Origin: Marsupella aquatica
Lineage: Eukaryota; Plantae; Marchantiophyta
Length of the DNA: 64,000 bases
Direction: 5' to 3'
NCBI GenBank assembly: GCA_973895155.1
Contig: OZ316899.1
Coordinates: 16,333,974 to 16,397,973, forward strand
Part shown: piece by piece, positions 12,380-23,270 of the stretch
How the letters are laid out: each line of letters starts with the position of its first letter
Numbering within the stretch: the first letter of the stretch is position 1
Translations under genes and position numbers: made by a program
Notes under the pieces: generated by a model
Database searches by the model: none
What the model was told of the DNA's origin: nothing
Seen by the model: the letters and a program-made list of their open reading frames with translations, nothing else

Positions 12380-13205
12380 CATATCGGAGAGCCTCTCCAA
12401 CATCCCTAAACCCTTCATACCTGCACAAGATGGTATCTCGGAGAGCCTCTCCAACATGGGTCGAGGCTACATACCTCCGCAAGATGACATCTCGGAGAGC
12501 CTCTCCAAGATGAAACTTGGTGAGATCCGGTGCAAGATCTAATCTCGGAGAGCCTCTCCAACATGGGTCAAGGCTACATACCTCCGCAAGATGACATCTC
12601 GGAGAGCCTCTCCAAGATGAAACTTGGTGAGATCCGGTGCAAGATCTAATCTCGGAGAGCCTCTCCAACATGGGTTGAGGCTACATACCTCCGCAAGATG
12701 AGATGTCGGAGAGCCTCTCCAAGATGAAACTTGGTGAGATCCGGTGCAAGATCTAATCTCGGAGAGCCTCTCCAAGATGGGTCGAGGCTACATACCTCCG
12801 CAAGATGAGATGTCGGAGAGCCTCTCCAAGATGAAACTTGGTGAGATCCGGTGCAAGATCTAATCTCGGAGAGCCTCTCCAAGATGGGTCGAGGCTACAT
12901 ACCTCCGCAAGATGAGATGTTGGAGAGCCTCTCCAAGATGAAACTTGGTGAGATCCGGTGCAAGATCTAATCTCGGAGAGCCTCTCCAAGATGGGTCAAG
13001 GCTACATACCTCCGCAAGATGGCATGTTGGAGAGCCTCTCCAATATGAAACTTGGTGAGATCTGGTGCAAGATCGAATCTCGGAGAGCCTCTCCAAGATG
13101 GGTCAAGGCTACATACCTCCGCAAGATGGCATGTAGGAGAGCCTCTCCAAGATGAAACTTGGTGAGATCCGGTGCAAGATCTAATCTTGAAGAGCCTCTC
13201 TAACA
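12380..13205. repeat. 107-bp tandem array, two palindromes per unit (central C), about 16 palindromes
   Basis: Spurious ORFs end at 12539, 12646, 12753, 12860 and 12967, giving a 107-bp period. Confidence 0.95.
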
Positions 13206-13329
13206 TTGGTTGAGGCTTCCAGATGGCATCTAAGAGAGCCTAATGGACACCCTAAACTTGTTGTCAAAGGTTCTTGGATGTTGGTCCAATAAACTTAGTC
13301 ACTGTCAATAATAGTTTTCACGCTCACAA

Positions 13330-13760
13330 GGGTACGTTGTCAAGAAGGATTCTTACATATTCAACGAGGGAAGAATATTTGTAACAATTTTTACGCTTGG
13401 TCTGGGCGATAAGGTACTCTGACAAAACAATCTTGACATATTCAACAAAGAAAGAAGCAAGTCTAACAATTTTTACGCTCTGTCTAGGCGGTAAGGTACT
13501 CTGACAAAACAATCTTGACATTCAACAAAGAAAGAAGCGAGTGTGACAGTTTTTACGCTCGGTTTGGGTGATAAAGTACTCTGACAAAACAATCTTGACA
13601 TATTCAACAAAGAAAGAAGCGACTCTAACAGTTTTTGTGCTTTGTCTGGGCGATAAGGTACTCTGACAAAACAATTGTCACATATTCAGAAAGAAAGAAG
13701 CGACTCTAACAGTTTTTACGCTTTGTCTGGGCGATAAGGTACTCTGACAAAACAAAGTCA
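13330..13760. repeat. ~81-bp tandem repeat, about 5 copies, upstream of the transposase
   Basis: aaggtactctgacaaaacaa recurs at ~13411, 13493, 13573, 13655 and 13736. Confidence 0.88.
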
Positions 13761-15899
13761 AAAGAATGAATAACAGTTTTCACATATTGTTTGCTGATTA
13801 AGTTACCCTCTTGAGAAACAAAGAGGAATTGAGCAAGCCAGAAAGGCAATAACATCCCTTACGTGAATGAGGCATCTCTCGGTAGATGCCACTTGAACTC
13901 TCTTGGTGGTCATTTTTAGTCTTTCTTCAAGTGGTTATCATGGCTGGCCGTGTGAGGATCACATTTCCAGACAATGGAGACGTTGTTGTGCTAATGACTG
14001 ATGGTGTTGTTTGGCATACACCAGACAACGAATTAGCTCGTCGGTTTGATGTTGAGATTGGGGAGTGGGCACTCTTTGAGGCCGACGATGTCTTACCATT
14101 GATTGAGGCAGACTCAGAGGAGAGTGGAGAGGGAAGGATATGGCAACTGAAAAGTGAAGTTTTGTACGTACGTCCTTCAGCAGAGAGTGTACTTTGTTCC
14201 TCTTACTGAAGTTGGTTTGCAATCTCAAACTGGAGAGAAGATTTCAGAGTGGCCGGCAGAGGTAGAGCAAGTCAAATTTCTTGAAAGTGTTGTTGCTGCA
14301 ATGCTGAAAGGGAAAGGCGTTTCGCGATGTGTAAAGGCTGCCCATTCCATTCTCAGAGTGCATTATCCACAACGAGTCATGACTCTGCCGGAATGGTATG
14401 ATGGGGATTGCATTTTTGAGCTCCCCCCATTCACAGGTATCCACACAAAGGGTGCCTTCTTCTTGGGTATGGAGCGGAGAAATGACTGCTACTTGTGGAG
14501 CAAGCTCATTGAGACAGGGGCCCAAATTGGACCCAACCTGAACAAGGGAGGCTTCAAGTATAAGATTGGGAATGTGAGATCGATGCCTAGGCTCTTTGCA
14601 ATGTCCACATTCAGATTGTCCGGCTTTTACAAGTAAGAATGAGCGCAATTGCACAGAATGGCAGCGAGATAGGGGTGGGAGAAATGAGGTTCCATTTCCT
14701 GTTGGGCGACTAGTTCCAGCAGAGAGTGTGATTTGCGCCTTTTGTGATCGGCCTCCTAAGTGTATAGCCAAGTGTCCAGCTGAAATGTTCTACATCACTC
14801 CGACCTCTCATGACCATTACATTTACAAGCACATGACACGTGTTGCTATGCATATTGGGAGTCACTCACATCCGGCCAAATTTGTTCTCAAGAAAGATCA
14901 AAAAGCTTTCTTACATAAGTTGATGGAGGAGAAATTGAAGAAGAATCCTCATGCAATGCCGTCTATGATCAAGAGTGACACAATTAAAACTCTAAGGGAT
15001 ATTTTTTATGACAAGGTTGCTGGGATTGTCACATTTGAGGAAGCACGGGATCTGAATGAAATATTGGCGATCCTATTAGATCGATCAGTTGTAAGATCTA
15101 TGATATAGAGCATACGCAAGTATATCCATGCCTCATCCGACCTCCAAGTCATCCTTGATCTTCAAAAAGAAACAGTGTTTTCATTTGTCCAGAGCACTCT
15201 ATTTCCAAACCAGAAGCTAGATACAGATGAGCGCCCACACATTTTCAAGATGACTGTAAAGGGTCCAGGGTCTGGAATCGATCTCATTCGAAGGATGCAG
15301 CCTGGTGGAGATCTACAAGACTCATGGGTGATGTTTGATGTCATGCATCGAATGACTGAGAAGCAATGATGCACAATGTCAGCTCATGTATACGACCACC
15401 TATACAGAGGTCTCTACACAATTTTTGTATGCGAGCTAGTTTCGGAAGATACTGCTGCACTACAAACTGCATGGAAGGTCATGAAGCGAGTGTGTAAGGC
15501 AAATGGGCTTGACAATGTTACGTTTTGTGGGTTCATTGCCGATAATGCTGCAACTGAGTGGAATGCAATTTGAAACACATTCTGGGATGGAAGAGTTAAT
15601 TCTCAAAAGGAGCGATTTGATGCATTTCACTGGGCGCAATCAGTGGAGAAGATGACAAAGAAATGCATTCTTCCAGGCAAAACAGTTGAGCATAAGGAGC
15701 TTCTAGATTCATTGAGGGACGCTGCCAATGTGGTTCTTGCATTTTAGACTTTTGAGAAGATGAAGGATTGGTGGAAAAATGGGAATGCAATCAAAGGAAA
15801 AACCAAGTCACTGGAGACATGACTTTCGTGGTGGATTGTGCGGTTCTCCCAGTGGGGAAACTTTATTTGGCTGGTAAGTCTATGAATTCTTAGTAATCT

Positions 15900-16235
15900 T
15901 GGACATGTTAGAGAGCCTATTCGAGAACAACAAATGGGTCTTCTTGGAGAGGCTCTCCGAGATGGAAGAGGTGGGTCATCTCGGAGAGGCTCTCCAAGAT
16001 GGAAGATATGGGTCATCTTGGAGAGCCTCTCCGAGATGGAAGAGGTGGGTCATGTCAGAGAGCCTCTCCCAGATGGAAGAGGTGGGTCATCTCGGAGAAC
16101 CTCTCCCAGATGAAACAAATGGGCGACTCAGAAAGCATGTTAGAGAGCAAACTTTTGTTTTGTGAACACATGGTTCATCTTAGAGAGGCTCTCCAAGATG
16201 GAACACTGGTCATCTTGGAGAGCCTCTCTAGGATG
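15900..16235. repeat. Palindrome array (about 8 copies, ~37-bp spacing) in a transposase intron
   Basis: Lies between a GTAAGT donor at ~15874 and a TGTAG acceptor at ~16315. Confidence 0.85.
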
Positions 16236-16403
16236 GACCCCGTTGGACATGTTGCAAATGTACAATATGACCCATGTACATTTTTTGGTAATACTCTTCT
16301 TTAATTTTTGTGTAGGACATGGACAGAACTAAGTCTGCATTGATACTGAACCATAGCGGGGCAGAATCCGTGCATGCCGCAATGCGCCGATGGTCTTCCA
16401 CAA

Positions 16404-18818
16404 TGTCACGCGATTGACATGGGTCTTAACACCAAAAACGTCACTATGGGTGCCAAAACCATCTCCTTGTACCTGAGGATCATGAAGGGATGTTGTGAAG
16501 GCCGGTAAACACCAATTTATGCCCTTAACACCAGAATATCATAACAAGACTCCGTCACACATCACCCAAGCTCAATCCCTAAGAACCAAGGTTGGGAATC
16601 AGATCCGTGCTCATGATAGTTCTGGTAATAAGGGGTCTTCATATTGGGCCCGCACACACAGGGCCAAGCGCTATGGTGCGCATATGTCTATACGTATGCT
16701 TACTGTCATAGGTATATTTCTATTCCGCCGCCGGAATGTACCCATAAACCAGTGACTCCTGACTGATTCTCGGCTTAGGGACTTCTAAGCCATTGCCCCA
16801 CCACTCTGCCATTCCACTCTCAGCAATCAGAGCTATGACAGTCCTCACCTAGCCCGCTTCAATGCACCCTGTACACCTCTCAGTGGCGCTGCTAGTCCCA
16901 TCATACACTCAGATTGCCTCACACACACACACATCCATGAGAGAAATGAGGCATGAGAGGAAAACTCAATTAGATTCAAAGATGTGCACAATAGTTCACT
17001 AAGAACACTTGATCCGAACACTAGGGCCGAAGGCTGTCTCCTCCAGCTTGTGACGTGCTTGCCCCACAAGCCCCATGCTTGCCATGCAAGCTCAATCATG
17101 AACCTAAGCCCGACTCACTCCAGATTGCGACGGCAGATTGGACTCCAACCAATCCCATACTTGCCTTGCAAACTCAATCCTAAACTCAACCTCCTTCACT
17201 GCACTTCATTCTTGGGGGCACGTACAGATCTCACACCTCCATTTCAGAATGTCAAGTTACGCATGCACAGTTGACTCGACTTCAAAGCTGGTACCAGGCC
17301 TAACGACGATCTACCCCAGGCTACAATGAGGCCCGGCCTCACGCTTGCCCTGCAAGCTCAGCTCTGGCCATAGATCCCTTAGTGCTCTCCACCAGACAAA
17401 GGCCGGGACTCCCCATGGATCACGTAGCCTTGCCAGACTGAACTGTAAATGCTCCTCCTGCTGCCCCTCAATCAGTGTCTCAACCTCCCTAATGTGCTCA
17501 CCACAAATCAAATTGAAATCTTCCCCACAGTTTACAATCACCAATACATCACCTATCACCAAGGCTCTGTATCGGGGGAAAAGAACCCAGTTGTGCTGCC
17601 CACTAGAAAGAGCCACAATCCAGCTCGCAAACCTAGCAACCCATTGCAGCTGTGAAGCTTGGCTGATTACTCCCTGAGTAATAGCACAACCAAGCTCTCC
17701 CCAACACGCAGCGTCCAAGTCCAGCCTTGCTTGCACAGAGCTCCTCCCTGTTGCTCAGTCTACGTGAGATCACACAACTGGAGTCCCCCCCCTTGCCTCT
17801 ACCGGGGGGCTGCTCTATATACTCTCATACTGAGCCCAAATGGGTGGATACTACGCTGCTGGAGTCCCATCCCAGCCCTAACAGAGCCGCCACTATCTCT
17901 AACTACTGAACCCTAACTTGCAACTTTATTTCTATCTCGAATTGGCTATGTACTTCGGATTTGGCCCTCCTCCATGGTTTTTGCGAGCTTGCGCCTCCTC
18001 TCCCGATTTCTCTATTCAACCATTTGCTGCGTGTATAGCAGCGTTGGAAGCGGCTTGAGATCCTCTTTCCAACGAGGTCAATTATAGCCGATTTGGTCAA
18101 ATACACAGAGAATTATGCCCCCGCAACCGAGAGGGGGTACTCACTGCTGCGCTAACCCGAGTTACATAGCTAACCCGAGTTCGGCTAACCTAGCTATCCT
18201 ATCTAACCCGAGTAGAGCTAACCCGTGGTCTCGGGTTAGGCCGCTACCCGCTATCCGCTATTCGCTAACCTAGCCTAAGCTGAGCCCGAACCCGAGCTTA
18301 CCTATGCTAACCTGAGCCCGAGTTTAGGCTAACCCGAGTTAAGTCTAACCCGAACCCGGGTTAAGCCTAAGTTGAAGCTGTGCTTACTTGAGCTAAGCTG
18401 AAGCCGTGCTTACCTGAGATAAGTTGAAGCCGTGCTTACCTAAGCTAAGCTGTGGCCGAGCTTGGGTTAACCCGAAACTGAAGCCGAACCCGCTAATTCC
18501 GGCCACAAGTTAACCCGTCACACTAATCAGGCCGTATCTTCCTTAATACACCTCCGTTTCCCGAGCATTTTATATCGATTTTACTTGCCTTGACCAGATC
18601 TTTCCAATGCTCTTTACAGATCCGAATTTGGTGACATATTGAAAGAGATATGGTCACCGACCACCCGCGACATAGCTTTTATTTCCCTACTCTTAACGCC
18701 ATGATTGCCCTTATTCTTGCCATCTTGCTAATTGTTATGCGGTATCAATAGATACTCCTTGCATATAGCAACCTAGTTACTCAGATTATAGAATAAGGAC
18801 CATGTCATCGGCGTCACA
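16404..18818. mobile_element. Solo LTR, copy 1 (2415 bp)
   Basis: Termini TGTCACGC...GCGTCACA; 5-bp TSD CACAA at 16399-16403 and 18819-18823; highly similar to 54669-57046. Confidence 0.92.
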
Positions 18819-20459
18819 CACAACAAAGATTGGGATAGTGCAATCTTATATAACGGATGCAACCCGTGCATCAAATCAAATTGGTGCCCTTGTGAACTAC
18901 ACGACCCACGAGAGGAAGGGCCGTGGCCCAAGCCTCTTTGAACTTTGTCTCTGAGATGCCAGGATGGTTGGGAATGTTAAGAGTTTCTTTCCAAAATTAA
19001 ATACGGTGATGACTCAACCGGAGATGGTTGAATAGCTTCAGGGGACCCAATTCCTGGTGACTATGAAACTCAACGAATGCCGGCGCGAGGCAAGGTTCCA
19101 ACTGATGCTATTGCAGTAGAAGACTCCCATCGCGATGATGTCATTCTAGTGACGCGACCTAAGAAGCGGAAGTTCAAGGGGATTTCAAGCCAAGATGCAA
19201 ACTTGAAAAGTACCATTCCTGAAGTGGTCGACTTGTCAACCTCGTTAGACTCTCCTACAGGCTCTGGTGGATCAAATGTGGTGATTTTGGAGAGCCCAGT
19301 ACAGCGTGCGACAAGGTCAGCACGTGTCCCTCCACCGTCAACCCCAAGGAGGTCAACTCGAGCGCCTCCTCCATCCCCAACAAGGGCAACACGTGTTCCA
19401 CGTCCTCCAACCCCAACAAGGTCAATACCAAGGTCACCCCCTGTTTGTCCACCAACGCGGTTTGCTGAACCTTTGCATAATGTTAGCGAACAGAGACAAG
19501 TTCAAGAGAGCAATGTGATGCCAGGAATGTTGTTTTTGTCTCGCATCAGTCGCCATGGAAGTGGTCCCGCTTGTAGAGGTGCCTTCAAAGGCACATAACG
19601 TCTAGCATGAGGTCTATACATCAAGGAGGTGGGGTTTCGTCATGCAACGTTGGGTGTGGTAGGATTGTGCTTATTGGCTGGGAGCAGTTACAAGGATCCA
19701 AACATTCCACAAAAGTTTTGGTTTTGCCCAAACAATGAGTGTTGCTAGAAATCCTCCATGGCATATGTTACTGGGCGGCTGCCCCCACTACCTGAGAAGG
19801 TCCCAGTTGCTCGAGAAACCTATCTAACACAAGAGGAAGTTGATTTTCTCCATGTCAATGGATTGAATGTGGTACAGACCATCATTCCTGGTGATTCCAT
19901 GGTGAGTCCTGGCGATGTAATTGTGGACTTGAATAGTTACCCTGAGCAGATGGATCCATTGAAGCTTGATGTCAGGCTGAGCCGGCGCAATGGCCGCTTA
20001 CGGCGAAGGAGATCTGTTATGACAGCAGATGCAAAGAAACGTATTGAGAGTGCCAAATCCAAGTTGATGAGGTTCACTTCCATGACTCGAACTAAAAAAG
20101 GGAATGCAACTGGCTTACGAGTGGTACTTTCCAACACTCATCGTGACCGCAATTCAGCCCATTGTGTATAGATATGTGTGTTCCCAACTTGCTCTTGTCA
20201 AGATTTCATCATGAGATATACTGGAAGATACTTCTTTCCTTGCAAACACTTGTATTGGTGCTATAAAAACATTTGTGGACAAGATCTAGAGAGCGACCAA
20301 GAGATCCACCAGCCAATCTTGACACTTAGCGAGGTTCGTAAATTGGTGTCAAATGTAGCAGGCTCAAGGTGAATGCATGTCAAAGATGTTTCAGGTTTAG
20401 TGGGTAGAACGATCTACTTTTGTATCCTTTCATAATAATAAATGTTCAAGATTTCAAAT

Positions 20460-21140
20460 GATGTTGATCCCATCTTGGAGAGGCTCTCCGAGATTCCAAC
20501 CCAGTGTGGATCCCATCTCAGAGAGGCTCTCTGCGATTCCAAGTGATATTGATCCCATCTCGGAGAGGCTCTCCAAGATTCCAGTGATGTTGATCCCATC
20601 TTGGAGAGGCTCTCCGAGATTCCAAGTGATGTTTTTGGCAATCTCAAAGAGGCTCTCCAAGATTCCAAGTGATGTTGATCCCATCTCAGAGAAGCTCTCC
20701 GAGATTCCAAGTGATGTTGATCCCATCTCGGAGAAGCTCTCCGAGATTTAAACCCAGTGTTTTTGACAATCTTGGATAGGCTCTCTGAGATTCCAAGTGA
20801 TGTTGATCCCATCTCAGAGAAGCTCTCCGAGATTCCAAGTGATGTTGATCCCATCTCGGAGAAGCTCTCCAAGATTTAAACCCAGTGTTTTTGGCAATCT
20901 CGGAGAGGCTCTCCGAGATTCCAAGTGATGTTGATCCCATCTTGGAGAGGCTCTCCAAGATTCCAAGTGATGTCGATTCCATCTCAGAGAGGCTCTCCGA
21001 GATTCCAACAATTGTTGGAGACTTTGGTGACCAATCTCGGAGAGGCCTCCAAGATTGACACAAAATAGGACGTCAATCTCGGAGATGCCTCCAAGATTGA
21101 TTAAAAAAAAGGGGTCAATCTCGGAGAGGTCTCCGAGATT
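20460..21140. repeat. Palindrome array (about 16 copies, ~42-44-bp spacing) downstream of the transposase
   Basis: Spacer ttccaagtgatgttgatccca separates the palindromes. Confidence 0.92.
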
Positions 21141-21173
21141 GTCCAAAAAAATGTCAGTGACTGATATCAGTCA

Positions 21174-22355
21174 CTAATAACTGATGAGATTGCTCCTCTC
21201 AGCATCCAACTGGTCCACCAAAGAGTCAATCTTCTGTCTGTCCTTGAAGGCCTGATCCTCCAAGTCCCAGATCCGCTTCTTAGCCTGACTCTTAATCACC
21301 ATGTCTAGAGTGGAAACAATAACAACCGGACTGCAGTTGAGCATCTCAGCAACCGTCCCAACCAGATCCTCAAGTTGCTTTGCTTTTCCGGTCGCACTCT
21401 CCATGAAAGTCCTGACATGCTTCAGCTCTACTGATGCCGTCCACTTTGAATTGGGGGTCATGCTCGGAAGACTTCCTCTACTTTCCGGTCTCCGGATAGG
21501 TTCCGGATCTTCAACAGGATCCGGTTCCGGACTCTGCACAAATCTCTTCTGCGTCCTGGGGGGTCGCACTTCCATAACCAGTTCTTCTTTTGATTCAGTC
21601 CCCTCAGATGGCTGTCGATCCGGATCTCCGAGTTGAGCCAACACGGCTTGATTCTCATACTCCTCCGCTTCTTCATCTATAAGGATCCGGTCCATCGCGT
21701 AAATATTGGCTAGAATAGCAAGATAGGGATGTGGGGGTCTTCAAATGAAGATTCCGGACCTGGTGGCTATAACTTCCTCCAAAACTTTGGCCTAGGAAAT
21801 CTTCTTCTCTCCTATGTAAGAAGCAGCAATAGTATTTCCAATCCAGATTGTAACTCGTCGAGGCTTGGCAGGGGAAAGAAGTGGGAGCAAAAAGGACAGA
21901 ACGTCGTAAAACTCCTCATTACAGCACTAAGACACCTTCCAGCCATCTTTCGGGTCAACTTCTCCATCAAAATAGTTATCCGCAAAGTCATTCTTGGAGG
22001 TCAGGAAGCCTTCTCCCTTCAAAGGCACATCCAAAAGCGACGAGATAACTGTTGCGGTCCACTTTTCCGGTTTGGCTCGATTCGAATCCAGAAATTCCAA
22101 AGCAAGGGTTGTACGATTTCGGACCTCCTTCACAAATACTGCACTCTGGTATCCCCATGGCAACTCCATCAACTTTGCACAACCCATGGTCTCAAGGTTC
22201 TTCTGCAAGCGGTCCTTCCGTGTCGAATCCGTGGGAATCTCCGATCGTAGTGGCTTTTCGTTCACAACGACTGTCCGCTGCTTGGTCGTCCGCTTTGGTA
22301 GCGTCCGGATTCTGGATTTGTCCGGGGAAAAATCCGGGTCCTTTCTCTTCACCAT
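21174..22355 (-). pseudogene. Degenerate ORF of unknown function, probably a TE accessory protein; ends at the MULE junction
   Basis: ORFs 21927-22415 and 21174-21695 are collinear and protein-like with a coiled-coil end; no recognised catalytic motif. Confidence 0.45.
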
Positions 22356-22906
22356 GATTAGGAGATGGAGAGAAAGAATCCAAATTAAAATCCCTTCAAA
22401 ATCCGGAGTTCCCAAATCCGGAAATCTCGATCAAGTTGCAAACTTCCCCTCTCAATCGAACGATCACCCACTTCCCCTGTAACTAACTTCCTTTCAACTA
22501 ATGCCTCAAAACGGCAGCCTTGTCCGACTCTAAGCTCTCCTGTGATTACTTACAAAAGATTTCCGCAGCAGTTCGGTGGTGTGAGGAATGCTCGGTCTGG
22601 CGGGGTCTTAAGAACTCGGTTGCCAACTTCCGGTCTCTGGTCGGACGTCAGACTTATGGTTTTAATATTCATTCAACTCCCACGCCTTCTTGCATGGCGC
22701 AACGGTGTCGTTACTTAAGCGTTCCAAAAAGTGTGCTATCCGGATATTTCCGGATTTGATACTGCAAATTAGTTTGTTATGATCTTTTCCGGTCAAAGTA
22801 TACTCCGTTAACCACTAAAAGTTGAAAATTTTAAAATTTTTGCACTTTTTAATGTCCTTAGTTATAACCATGGTAGGGTTTAGGCACTTTTTAATGGGGT
22901 TTCATT

Positions 22907-23203
22907 TGTAGGACAACCATCAGCTCCAGACTAGATAGCAATGCAAAACATGAGAGCACTCAATCTCACACTACACCAACAAGACACCAGGATCATGGAG
23001 AAACTCCTGAAGGATCCATAGCTCATGAGATTGAACATGTGAAGAATGAGGGAGAGAATGCTCTCCCTCCAACCTATACCCCCCAAGGGGGACTAAGATG
23101 TGTGGGCCTAAATAAGTGGATCTTATCCTAAACTAACCAAGGGTCAATTAACCCTAGTAAGGCCAAACTAACTATAGTCGGAAAATCGAGTCAATTCCTA
23201 ACA
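22907..23203 (-). repeat. Copia 3' LTR (~297 bp), PPT at 23204-23218
   Basis: On the minus strand AGTCAAGGTGGAGAT is followed by TGTTAGGA...TCCTACA. No partner LTR confirms the distal end. Confidence 0.7.
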
Positions 23204-23270
23204 ATCTCCACCTTGACTCTAGTTCACACAATGAGTCAGGTGATATACAATATGTAACTAAGTAACATAT

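Larger units (their letters stand above)
13940..20372 (+). pseudogene. MULE-type transposase with GCM-like zinc domain and C-terminal SWIM finger, split by a solo LTR
   Basis: GCM-like region CLGSLQCPHSDC..CAFC..C..HIGSHSHP; core WVMFDVMHR, FIADNA, FHWAQS; SWIM PTCSCQDF..PCKHL at 20178-20372. Stops, frameshifts and an intron at ~15874-16315. Confidence 0.75.
7496..21175. mobile_element. Mutator-like (MULE) element with divergent accessory gene and palindrome arrays; left end cut by the Gypsy
   Basis: One palindrome occurs from ~8443 to ~21140 and was not seen elsewhere in the window. The span contains a MULE/SWIM transposase. No TIR pair or TSD is visible, so the ends are approximate. Confidence 0.65.

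Noticed and set aside
11740-13205. CRISPR-like array (palindromic repeat with spacers)
   Set aside because: Spacers are themselves repeated, there are no cas genes, and the context is a eukaryotic TE.
12297-13206. Stacked ORFs with WRGSPR/ESLSE peptides (also 9690-10410, 15744-16304, 20414-21146)
   Set aside because: These are translation artefacts of the palindrome arrays.
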